From Candidatus Micrarchaeota archaeon (GTDB lineage Archaea > Micrarchaeota > Micrarchaeia > Anstonellales > Anstonellaceae), in contig DUFS01000058.1 in assembly GCA_013331805.1 (NCBI GenBank), forward strand, positions 1 through 13,764: a DNA stretch of 13,764 bases, written 5' to 3'. Of the stretch, positions 7,024-13,764 are shown piece after piece. The position numbers and the translations under genes are program-made. Position 1 is the first letter of the stretch, and each line of letters opens with the position of its first letter. The notes beneath the pieces are model-generated. The model worked only from the letters and a program-made list of their open reading frames with translations. It made no database searches and was not told the DNA's origin.

Positions 7024-7662
7024 TCAGATTTTGATGCTGTACTCGAAGTAGCCGTCCCAGGGATTCTCAAGTGACATCATTTCCTTAATCGAAAGCTTCT
7101 CAAAGTGCCTGCGGAAGGGGCGCATGGAGTTGCCGTGCGCCGATATTGCCACGTTCACACGGTTCTTCTTCATGTATGGAAGAAGGTCGCGAAGGAAGGC
7201 CATCACCCTTTTTTCCACCATTTTTATGCTTTCTCCCCCTGGAGGCGGGCGGCCGTAGCTTCTCCTTATGAGATGGAGCTCGGCATCAGTGTGCGTTCGC
7301 CTGTAGCGGTCGTGCGAGGTGCCTGACAGCTTTCCGTAGCTCCGCTCTATCATCCGGTCGTCGATGAATACTGCCCTGCACTCCGGATGGGATTTCAGCA
7401 CTTCAGAAAGCGTGTCCCTGGAGCGGGAAAGCGAGGTCTGGAAGGAAACGTCGATTTTCTTGCCGGAAAGCTTCCTTGCGATTTTTTTCGCCTGCGCCTT
7501 CCCGAATGGCGTGAGGCGCGAGTCCTTCCAGCCAGTGAAATAGCGGTTTTTATTGAAATAGGTCTGCGCGTGCCTGAAAAGGTAGATGGTCGGGCGGCTT
7601 CTTGCGCCCTTGATTGCGCGGCGCTTCCACCTGCCCGAAAAGTCAAGGCCGGATTTTTCCAT
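7024..7662 (-). CDS. gpmA: 2,3-bisphosphoglycerate-dependent phosphoglycerate mutase-like protein (histidine phosphatase superfamily)
   Basis: RHAQT..N....FTGWKD, ERSYG.LSG, IRRSY..PPPGGES, AHGNSMR dPGM-type motifs. Start moved to ATG 7662 because the TATA element lies at 7683-7690. Confidence 0.8.
   Translation of the reverse strand: MEKSGLDFSGRWKRRAIKGARSRPTIYLFRHAQTYFNKNRYFTGWKDSRLTPFGKAQAKKIARKLSGKKIDVSFQTSLSRSRDTLSEVLKSHPECRAVFIDDRMIERSYGKLSGTSHDRYRRTHTDAELHLIRRSYGRPPPGGESIKMVEKRVMAFLRDLLPYMKKNRVNVAISAHGNSMRPFRRHFEKLSIKEMMSLENPWDGYFEYSIKI
7040..7069. repeat. 30-bp direct repeat, copy 2 (inside the gpmA 3' end)
   Basis: TACTCGAAGTAGCCGTCCCAGGGATTCTCA; 1078 bp from copy 1. Confidence 0.92.
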
Positions 7663-7682
7663 GAACAAAGTGGGGCGGCAAG

Positions 7683-7690
7683 TTATAAAT
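7683..7690. promoter_or_regulatory. Single centrally placed TATA box, probably bidirectional
   Basis: TTATAAAT (+) / ATTTATAA (-) in a 50-bp divergent gap, about 20-22 nt from ATG 7662 (-) and ATG 7713 (+). Confidence 0.7.
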
Positions 7691-7712
7691 TCCTTGCACT
7701 GCAATCCCCCTC

Positions 7713-8348
7713 ATGGCAGAAACGGTTTTCCTGGTGCGCCACGGCGAGGCGGAGTCGAACGCAGGCAAGTATTTCGCAGGCTGGCTTCCCGACTCCCTCA
7801 CCCCGCTGGGAAAGCGCCAGGCAGTGGTGCTCCGCAAGAGGCTGGCAAAGGAGGGCATAGGAAAGGCGTTCTGCTCTGACCTTGCAAGGGCAAGGCAGAC
7901 CCTGGAGGCGATGGCGCTGCCCTGCAGGGTCGAGTATTCGGAGGCGCTCCGGGAAAAGTCATACGGAAAGTACGAAGGCCTGAAATGGGGCGAGGACGAG
8001 GACAGGTTCGACAGGTACCACATGGACGCCTATGCCCGCGCCCCTGGCGGGGAGAACGCAATCGAAGTCCAGAGGCGCGTGGTGGCATTCTTCGGCTCCA
8101 GGGTATTCAACGCAAGGGAGGAGAAGGTGCTGGTGGTGTCGCACCACGGCCCGATAGTTCTTCTTGCCTGCCATCTTCTGGGCATGCCGCTTTCGAACTG
8201 GAGGAAGCTCCGCCTGGGCAACTGCGGCTTGTGCATACTCACGCGCGAGGGGAAAATGTGGCGGCTCAAGCTGTGGAACTCCCTTTCGCATTTCGGCCTT
8301 GCGTCATTTTCGCCTCTGCTGTCAAAGGAAAAAAGAGCCAGCCGCTAG
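7713..8348 (+). CDS. Histidine phosphatase family protein (CobC/GpmB/PspA-like)
   Basis: LVRHGE, LTPLG..QA, SDL.RA.QT, LREKSYGKYEG, PGGE, VVSHHGPI, L.NCGL; lacks the dPGM-specific RRSY/HGNS motifs. Confidence 0.9.
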   Translation: MAETVFLVRHGEAESNAGKYFAGWLPDSLTPLGKRQAVVLRKRLAKEGIGKAFCSDLARARQTLEAMALPCRVEYSEALREKSYGKYEGLKWGEDEDRFDRYHMDAYARAPGGENAIEVQRRVVAFFGSRVFNAREEKVLVVSHHGPIVLLACHLLGMPLSNWRKLRLGNCGLCILTREGKMWRLKLWNSLSHFGLASFSPLLSKEKRASR

Positions 8349-8440
8349 AAGAATGTGCTCACTTTCCTGGCACCGGCTTGGCACATTTATTGCCAGAGTT
8401 GCACATAAAGGAGGCGATGCAAATGAAAAAGGACTAAATT

Positions 8441-8686
8441 ATGTGCAAAGCCCAGGAAGCCTATAAAATTTACAAACCCAAACCAGGGAGGGCCGATATT
8501 GAAATAATGTCCGAAGTGGCAGCTATAAACGCGGGCTGTCAAAATGACATCCACTTGGTCGGTGAAGATGGGCATTTCTGCGCTGAGAAAAATAGGGAAC
8601 TGTTGGGGCGTCTCTTCAAAATCAAGTGCAGATATTCGGCTGAGATGCTTGAGAACGGGCTTATCCGGACATTGCTCCAGAACTAA
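8441..8686 (+). pseudogene. Small ORF, possibly the C-terminal remnant of a PIN-like domain protein
   Basis: Lower-GC segment. ADIEIMSEV...IHLVGEDGHF resembles the D..I...A...L.T.D.HF end of PIN domains. The same frame continues upstream past a TAA at 8435. Confidence 0.3.
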
Positions 8687-8760
8687 AAGTTGTCTTGGAA
8701 GTCCGGTTAAAAGTGGCACCGCAGCATTTATGAATGAAAATGCCAGGCGCACGCAGGTTA

Positions 8761-8798
8761 TTTTATAAATCAAAATGCTGGATTAAGCTCAGGTGGTG
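8761..8798 (+). promoter_or_regulatory. Pilin promoter TATA box and RBS
   Basis: TTTTATAAAT at 8761-8770; AGGTGGTG at 8791-8798 before ATG 8801. Confidence 0.65.
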
Positions 8799-8800
8799 CG

Positions 8801-9256
8801 ATGAATTTTCGGAAAGGACAGGCGGCGCTTGACTTCCTGATGACATACGGGTGGGCGATCGCCCTAGTCGTGATAATCGCGGCCGTGCTCTTCGCCCTCG
8901 GGATTTTCGACGTGAGCAACTTCATCGGGAGCAGGGCAGCCGGATTCTCTGGCGTTGCGGTGAAGGGCTGGAAGCTCTCCCCAGCAGGCGACCTCACGGT
9001 CAAGGTGACCAACGAGGTAGGCCAGCTCATAACGATAAACTCCGTGAATGCCACCATAGGGGCCAACTCGTCGCTCAATTCGACCTCCATACCGCTTGCA
9101 GTGGGCGAGGACTCGCCGGACATTGTCCTTGGCGGCTTTTCCCCCCAGACCGCTGGCACGGGCTACACCGCCAAGGTGGTGATTTCCTACACAGACCGGT
9201 CGTCTGACTTCGATTATTCCTCGTCAGGCACCCTGACCGGCAAGGCAACCGAATGA
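8801..9256 (+). CDS. Archaeal type IV pilin-like protein with class III signal peptide
   Basis: MNFRKG/QAALDFLMTYGWAIALVVIIAAVLFALG: basic leader, G|Q cleavage site and hydrophobic helix, followed by a beta-rich domain; next to pilus assembly genes. Confidence 0.9.
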   Translation: MNFRKGQAALDFLMTYGWAIALVVIIAAVLFALGIFDVSNFIGSRAAGFSGVAVKGWKLSPAGDLTVKVTNEVGQLITINSVNATIGANSSLNSTSIPLAVGEDSPDIVLGGFSPQTAGTGYTAKVVISYTDRSSDFDYSSSGTLTGKATE

Positions 9257-9354
9257 GCCTTCCCTCCCATTTTCCCGGTCTTCCCCGTTGTTTTCCGGCT
9301 TCCCAATCGAAAGATTAATAATCCCAGCCCGAATAATCAAGGCAGGTGATCTTC

Positions 9355-9477
9355 GTGAAAGGGCAAAACCTCAAGGCTGCAAAGTCGAAAATCGAGTTAT
9401 GGGAAACCTTCAGCTCAGCATTGCTGGTGATAGTCTCCTTCTTCATAGGCCTCCTTGTTGGCCTGGTTGCCAAGTAG
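9355..9477 (+). CDS. Unannotated 40-aa single-pass membrane protein
   Basis: GTG start with AGGTGA RBS (9344-9349) and ATTAATA TATA-like element at about 9314-9320. Sequence MKGQNLKAAKSKIELWETFSSALLVIVSFFIGLLVGLVAK*. Absent from the supplied ORF track. Confidence 0.6.
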   Translation: MKGQNLKAAKSKIELWETFSSALLVIVSFFIGLLVGLVAK

Positions 9478-9489
9478 CCTTTGCACACA

Positions 9490-9521
9490 GGGCGTGGCAG
9501 CCTGCCCCTTTCCTTTAATTT
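9490..9521 (+). terminator. Weak hairpin plus pyrimidine tract between convergent genes
   Basis: GGGCG...TGCCC (9490-9507) followed by CTTTCCTTTAATTT. Confidence 0.35.
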
Positions 9522-10484
9522 CTAGATTCCGCCAGAAAGCATGCCGCCCAATATTGCGGATAGGGCGAACCTGATGCCAAATAGGATTCCCAGGGCAATG
9601 AGCGCGAGCATGGGGAAGTATTTCAGCCCCTCCACCCTCCTGCCCGAGGACATCACGCCCACGGCCATGCAGCCGAAAAACACGGTGATGATTATTGCCG
9701 AGGATGCGAACAGCGTAACTCCTTCTGAGGTGAGCGCCAGCTTGCCCTTGAAAATGCCGACCGAGCCTGCGAGCGCCGAGGCGCCTTGCGCGCCCACGCC
9801 GATCTTGCCCTTTATCAGGAGCATGATGTCCACCAGGAAGGTGGAGACGCCATAAAGGAGCGGCGCGCCAAAGGTGATTGCCGCCACTATGAATAGCACG
9901 TAATTCAGGATTATCGAGTTTATTTCCCGCCTCACGGACCGGAATTTCCTGATGTCAAGCGCGGTCTTTTCAAGCAAGTCGGCCATGTCCCCTCCTGAGT
10001 GCAATCCCTCCACGATGAGGCGGATGGTCTTCTCAAGCACGTTGGAGCGGATGTGCTCCCCTATCCCCATGATGACCTGTTCCAGGGGCATGCCCGTGAT
10101 GCTGTGCTTGCCAGCCTTGTTTATGGCTGCCGTGAGCGGCCCGAACTCCTCCCGGGCAGATACGATCAGCGCCTTGTCAGGGGTGAGCCCGGAGCGTATG
10201 TTGGATGCCACCAGGGACAGGAAGTCTGGCAGCACCTCCTCCACTTTGGAAGCCCGCGAGTTCGCGCCGAGTATGAGGTAAGTGTAGACCAGTATGTGGA
10301 TGGCCCCGAAAACCGCCAGGCCCCCCAACAGCGCGAATAGCGGGGCCTGGTAAAGCAGGGCTGCCACTGCCAGAAATGACACCGCGGAGACTATCAGAAG
10401 ATAGGCCGAGAAGCGCCTGCCCTCCATCTCCACGTCGTTGTACTGGAGGAGCTCGCCCCAAAGCGCGTTGTATTTTTTCAGCAT
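9522..10484 (-). CDS. Type II/IV secretion system F family membrane platform protein (TadC/FlaJ/PilC-like)
   Basis: VEEVLPDFLSLVASNIRSGLTPDKAL...EFGPL, GGDMADLLEKTA, several TM helices. ATG 10484 or TTG 10487 start with GGTGG RBS. Confidence 0.9.
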   Translation of the reverse strand: MLKKYNALWGELLQYNDVEMEGRRFSAYLLIVSAVSFLAVAALLYQAPLFALLGGLAVFGAIHILVYTYLILGANSRASKVEEVLPDFLSLVASNIRSGLTPDKALIVSAREEFGPLTAAINKAGKHSITGMPLEQVIMGIGEHIRSNVLEKTIRLIVEGLHSGGDMADLLEKTALDIRKFRSVRREINSIILNYVLFIVAAITFGAPLLYGVSTFLVDIMLLIKGKIGVGAQGASALAGSVGIFKGKLALTSEGVTLFASSAIIITVFFGCMAVGVMSSGRRVEGLKYFPMLALIALGILFGIRFALSAILGGMLSGGI

Positions 10485-10495
10485 CAATGCCCACC

Positions 10496-11395
10496 CTAGA
10501 TTGCCACGGACGGCCTCCTGCTCTCGATTATCCCTATGAACATGTACTGCACGAAGATGAGGGCGCCCAATATGAAAATGAACACGGTGTCCGTTATCGG
10601 CACCTCGACAAAGGAGGAGATGACCATCATGAATATGAGCGAGATGGTGGGCACGATGATGCAGACCATGAGGTACATGATGGCAAGGGAATTGAGCTGC
10701 GCCCCGTAATTGCGCATCTCTATCCTCTGCTCCTCCGAAAGGAACTCCACTATGTCCGAAAGCACAGGCCCAATGTCAGTGCCCGCCTTCACAGCATTGG
10801 ACATCTGCCAGAGTATCCTGCTGTAATAGTAGGAGGGATTGCGGGTTGCCGAGTCCTCCAGCGCATCAGCCAGGTTGATCCCCCCCTGCACGCTGGTCAC
10901 CACCTTCTCGAACTCCTCGGAAACCGCCCCGTAGCCGTGCGATGCCGAGACCAGCGCCTCGAAGAGCGGCACCCCTGCAGTGGTCTGTATGCGCAGGTGC
11001 CTTGCGGCAAACAGCAAGTCGCGGTCCATCGAGGCCACCTTCTTGTTGCCCAGCCACTTGGGATAGACCAGGCAGAACATGAAGACAACCAAGGAGGTGA
11101 GGAGCGCCGCGACAAGCGCCCAGAGGATCGGATTTTCGAATGCCATCTTGAAAAGCACCAGATAGGCAAGCACTTCGACCATGAGGAAGTAGATGAACGC
11201 ATTGAAAAGCGACAGGCTCACATACTCGCGCCCGGAAAGCTCGGAGTCCAGCTTGTAAAGCTCCTTTTCCACGAACTTGTTGAAGCGCAGCACATGCGAT
11301 GCTATCCCGAAGAAATAGTGCGCCAGGCCCATTGCCTGCCTCTGGGGAAAGAGCATCAGCGGCACCTTGACGTTGGGTCTTTTCACATCTCTCAT
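10496..11395 (-). CDS. Type II/IV secretion system F family membrane platform protein (TadB/TadC-like)
   Basis: MDRDLLFAARHLRIQTTAGVPLFEAL...YGAVSEEF, G....DALE, YGAQLNSLAIMY; four TM helices. Confidence 0.9.
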   Translation of the reverse strand: MRDVKRPNVKVPLMLFPQRQAMGLAHYFFGIASHVLRFNKFVEKELYKLDSELSGREYVSLSLFNAFIYFLMVEVLAYLVLFKMAFENPILWALVAALLTSLVVFMFCLVYPKWLGNKKVASMDRDLLFAARHLRIQTTAGVPLFEALVSASHGYGAVSEEFEKVVTSVQGGINLADALEDSATRNPSYYYSRILWQMSNAVKAGTDIGPVLSDIVEFLSEEQRIEMRNYGAQLNSLAIMYLMVCIIVPTISLIFMMVISSFVEVPITDTVFIFILGALIFVQYMFIGIIESRRPSVAI

Positions 11396-11409
11396 GAGAA
11401 ATCAGCGCC

Positions 11410-12948
11410 TCACTTGGCAATCTTCTTCATGAGGCTGTCGCGGTCCTCGTAATACTGGACTATGACCTTGCCTACCTCCTCCACGCTGTTTATCTTCTTG
11501 TCAGCAAGGTAGTGCAGGACACGGGCGCGCTCCTTTATCGAGGCCTTGATCTCCTCGTCGTCCATGCGCGTGTAGGTGCGGAGCGTCTCCAGCATGCGCA
11601 CGCTGGGGTTCTCCTCCTCGATCTTGTCGCGGCTGGAGCGCCAGCGGTAAACGATGTTCGCCCTGACGCTCTCGCCCTTTTCGGACGGGATGAGCTCGCC
11701 GATCTCGAACACGCGGCGGATGCCGCTCCTCCTGTCCCTGTACATTGAAAGCACAAAGTGCAGCGACTCCAGCACCACTTCCGGAAGCTCGATCGGGGGG
11801 CTGACCAGCCGCTTGAATGTTTCAAACACGGTTTCCGCGTGCATGGTCGCGTAGACCGAGTGCCCTGTGTGCATTGCCTCGAACAGCACCTCGGCCTCCT
11901 CTGCCCTGCGGATTTCGCCCACAATGATCCGGTCCGGGCGCATACGAAGAGAGTTCACCATCAGGTCCAGCATGGAGACCGAGCCCCTGCCGTCCCTGCC
12001 GCCCTCGCGCACCACCATGGGCACCCATTGCAGGTAGGAGGGGAGGGTGATCTCCCTGGTCTGCTCGATTGAAATTACCCTCTGGTTCTGGGGAATGAAA
12101 TTGCAAATCACGTTCAGTATCGAGGTCTTGCCCGCGCCCGTCCCTCCTGAAACCAGTATGTTCAGCTCGTACTGCATGGCAAGCCAGATGAATGCGGCCA
12201 CTTCCTCGGAAATGGTGTTCGTGAGAATCAGGTCAGTTATTGTCCAGGGCTTGCGCGCGAATTTCCGGATCGTGATGGTGTTCCCGAACATGGATATGGG
12301 TGTGAGCGTTGCGTTCACGCGGTCCCCGGAAGGGAGATACGCGTCGAGCAGCGGGTCCTGGGCGGTTATCTGCCTGCCCACTCGCCTTCCAATGAGGCTT
12401 GCGTAGTCCCAGATCTTAGCCTCGGTTTCCACCCTCAGGCTGCAGATGCACCATCCGTATTTCTTGTGGTAGAGCCAAATGGGCTCGCGGGCGGAATTGA
12501 TGCAGATCTCCTCCAGCCCGTCGTCGTGGAGCAGGAATTCCAGGTCGCCCATGCCCAACAACTCCTGCACCATGCGGCCTGCAAGCTCCTGCGCCTTCTG
12601 CTCGGTCAGCCTGGGGATCCTGTCTTTCACCAGTTTCAGCGCAAGCTCGTTGAATTTCCTCTTGAGCTCCGCCATGAGCTTGATATCCAGCACTTCCGCA
12701 GTGGTCAGCCTCACCTGCCTCAGAAGCTCTGTCTTCACTGTTTCAAGGTAGGCTGCTGTCGCAGGCTCTGGCCGGGGCACGACTACCGAATAAAAGGGCA
12801 CCTCCGCGGGCTTCTTGGAAATCGTTATGGTGGCCTCGATCCCGTCCGCGGAAATCTTGTAGCTCTCAAAAAGCTTGGCTGCGCCTTCCCTCTGGGCTTC
12901 TGGCTTTTGAGCCTCGGTTTTTGACGCGGCCTCTCTGGTCCCACCCAT
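11410..12948 (-). CDS. Type IV pilus/secretion assembly ATPase (CpaF/TadA/VirB11/FlaI family)
   Basis: ITIRKF, Walker A SGGTGAGKTS, LRMRPDRIIVGEIR (Walker B), His box MHTGH...TMHA. Confidence 0.95.
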   Translation of the reverse strand: MGGTREAASKTEAQKPEAQREGAAKLFESYKISADGIEATITISKKPAEVPFYSVVVPRPEPATAAYLETVKTELLRQVRLTTAEVLDIKLMAELKRKFNELALKLVKDRIPRLTEQKAQELAGRMVQELLGMGDLEFLLHDDGLEEICINSAREPIWLYHKKYGWCICSLRVETEAKIWDYASLIGRRVGRQITAQDPLLDAYLPSGDRVNATLTPISMFGNTITIRKFARKPWTITDLILTNTISEEVAAFIWLAMQYELNILVSGGTGAGKTSILNVICNFIPQNQRVISIEQTREITLPSYLQWVPMVVREGGRDGRGSVSMLDLMVNSLRMRPDRIIVGEIRRAEEAEVLFEAMHTGHSVYATMHAETVFETFKRLVSPPIELPEVVLESLHFVLSMYRDRRSGIRRVFEIGELIPSEKGESVRANIVYRWRSSRDKIEEENPSVRMLETLRTYTRMDDEEIKASIKERARVLHYLADKKINSVEEVGKVIVQYYEDRDSLMKKIAK

Positions 12949-12957
12949 GCTATCACT

Positions 12958-13620
12958 TCAAGGCTCGGGCGTGTGCAGCTTCATCTTCCCGAACAGGTTG
13001 TACTCCAGCCTCAAAAGCCCGTTCTTCTCAAGCGAATTGCTGTATTCCTCCACCTCGGCGACAGTGAGGTTGCATTTTTTCGCCACCTCCTCCGCGGTTG
13101 CCGAGCCGCGCCTGTGCACGTAATGCACGATGTGGTCTATCGCGGTATTGCCGCCCAGGTCGTCCAGCTCCTGCGCCTTGTCAGGCGTGCGCACCGGCAT
13201 CTTGCCGCCTTCGGAGAGCATTTTTGCAATCTCCTTCCGGAGGTCGGACACGCGCACCACGCCGATTACCTTCCTCCCCCTGTCCAGCACGGGTATCACG
13301 TCCACATTGCGGTGCACCAGGAGAAGGAACGCGGAAAGCAGGTCAGTGTCCGGGTGCAGCCAGGTCTTGGTGGAGCGTATGTGCTTGCTCACAACGTCGC
13401 TCCTCACCTTCGCGGTGTCCGCCCTGCTCACGCCGAATATCCCCTTCTTCAGGAACACGGCTGCAAGGTCGGATGTCATGAACATGCCCAGAAATCTCCT
13501 GGAGCGCACCACAGGCGCCTCGGACTGGTTACCCTCGGAAAGCTTTTTTGCGGCAAAGGCAAGCGTGTCGTCGGCCTCAAGAACGAGGAAATCCTTGCGC
13601 ATGATGTCAGAAATTTTCAT
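12958..13620 (-). CDS. CBS-pair (Bateman) domain protein with C-terminal winged helix
   Basis: MKISDIMRKD...APVV....LGM.....DL and DVIPVLD....IGVV...DL CBS repeats; C-terminus TAIDHIVHYVHRRGSATAEEVAKKCNLTVAEVEEYSNSLEKNGLLRLEY is wHTH-like. ATG 13620 has an AGGTG RBS; 9 nt separate it from the ATPase gene. Confidence 0.85.
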   Translation of the reverse strand: MKISDIMRKDFLVLEADDTLAFAAKKLSEGNQSEAPVVRSRRFLGMFMTSDLAAVFLKKGIFGVSRADTAKVRSDVVSKHIRSTKTWLHPDTDLLSAFLLLVHRNVDVIPVLDRGRKVIGVVRVSDLRKEIAKMLSEGGKMPVRTPDKAQELDDLGGNTAIDHIVHYVHRRGSATAEEVAKKCNLTVAEVEEYSNSLEKNGLLRLEYNLFGKMKLHTPEP

Positions 13621-13704
13621 CCAAAGCACCTAAGCTATCCGCACCCTTCCGGTTTTGTTCGCAGCCGATCTAACGCTGATTGTGTCGTTAGCCTCAACGT
13701 ATAC

Positions 13705-13735
13705 AGGATTTGACAATCCTATTGAAGCTTTTAAA
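13705..13735 (-). promoter_or_regulatory. Pilus operon promoter: TATA box with a downstream palindrome
   Basis: TTTAAAA (minus, 13735-13729) followed by AGGATT-N4-AATCCT (13705-13720) over the expected transcription start region. Confidence 0.5.
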
Positions 13736-13764
13736 CCTATATTGCTGCCGTAGTGTATCCGCGC

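Noticed and set aside
5962..7069. DGR template/variable repeat pair or transposon target-site duplication
   Set aside because: The repeat is only 30 bp, mismatches go both A>G and G>A and are synonymous, and there is no reverse transcriptase, transposase or terminal inverted repeat.
9315..9446. 43-aa minus-strand ORF (MKKETITSNAELKV...) preceded by AGGAGG
   Set aside because: RBS spacing is only 3 nt and it is antisense to the more protein-like membrane ORF at 9355-9477.
9522..12948. Archaellum (arl/fla) operon
   Set aside because: No archaellin or ArlH/F/G genes; two separate platform genes plus a QxxxD/E pilin fit an adhesive type IV pilus better.
13637..13762. TATCCGC repeated at 13637 and 13756
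   Set aside because: A 7-bp match at the window edge that cannot be distinguished from chance.

Overview
Archaeal chromosomal window, inferred from TATA-box promoters about 21-25 nt before start codons, an archaeal-type riboflavin synthase and a class III signal peptide pilin. A DPANN/Micrarchaeota-like origin is plausible but only inferred. From left to right: (1) the 3' part of a large Asn-rich parallel beta-helix surface protein; (2) a riboflavin cluster ribB / ribC-ribH-ribD, with an antisense AAA ATPase-wHTH gene between ribB and ribC and an antisense Fic AMPylase gene after ribD, each with its own AT-rich promoter carrying repeat arrays; (3) two divergent histidine phosphatases (gpmA-like and CobC/GpmB-like) that appear to share one TATA box; (4) a possible PIN-like remnant; (5) a type IV pilus locus with a pilin, an unannotated 40-aa membrane protein, two TadC/FlaJ-like platform proteins, a secretion ATPase and a CBS-wHTH protein. 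Main novel signals: the Fic gene lies between 30-bp direct repeats that are two synonymous versions of the gpmA 3' end (an integrase-free, gene-repairing insertion); the Fic promoter is built from two tandem 39-bp inverted-repeat units; and three perfect hairpins sit just upstream of the conserved ribC core (candidate structured leader).
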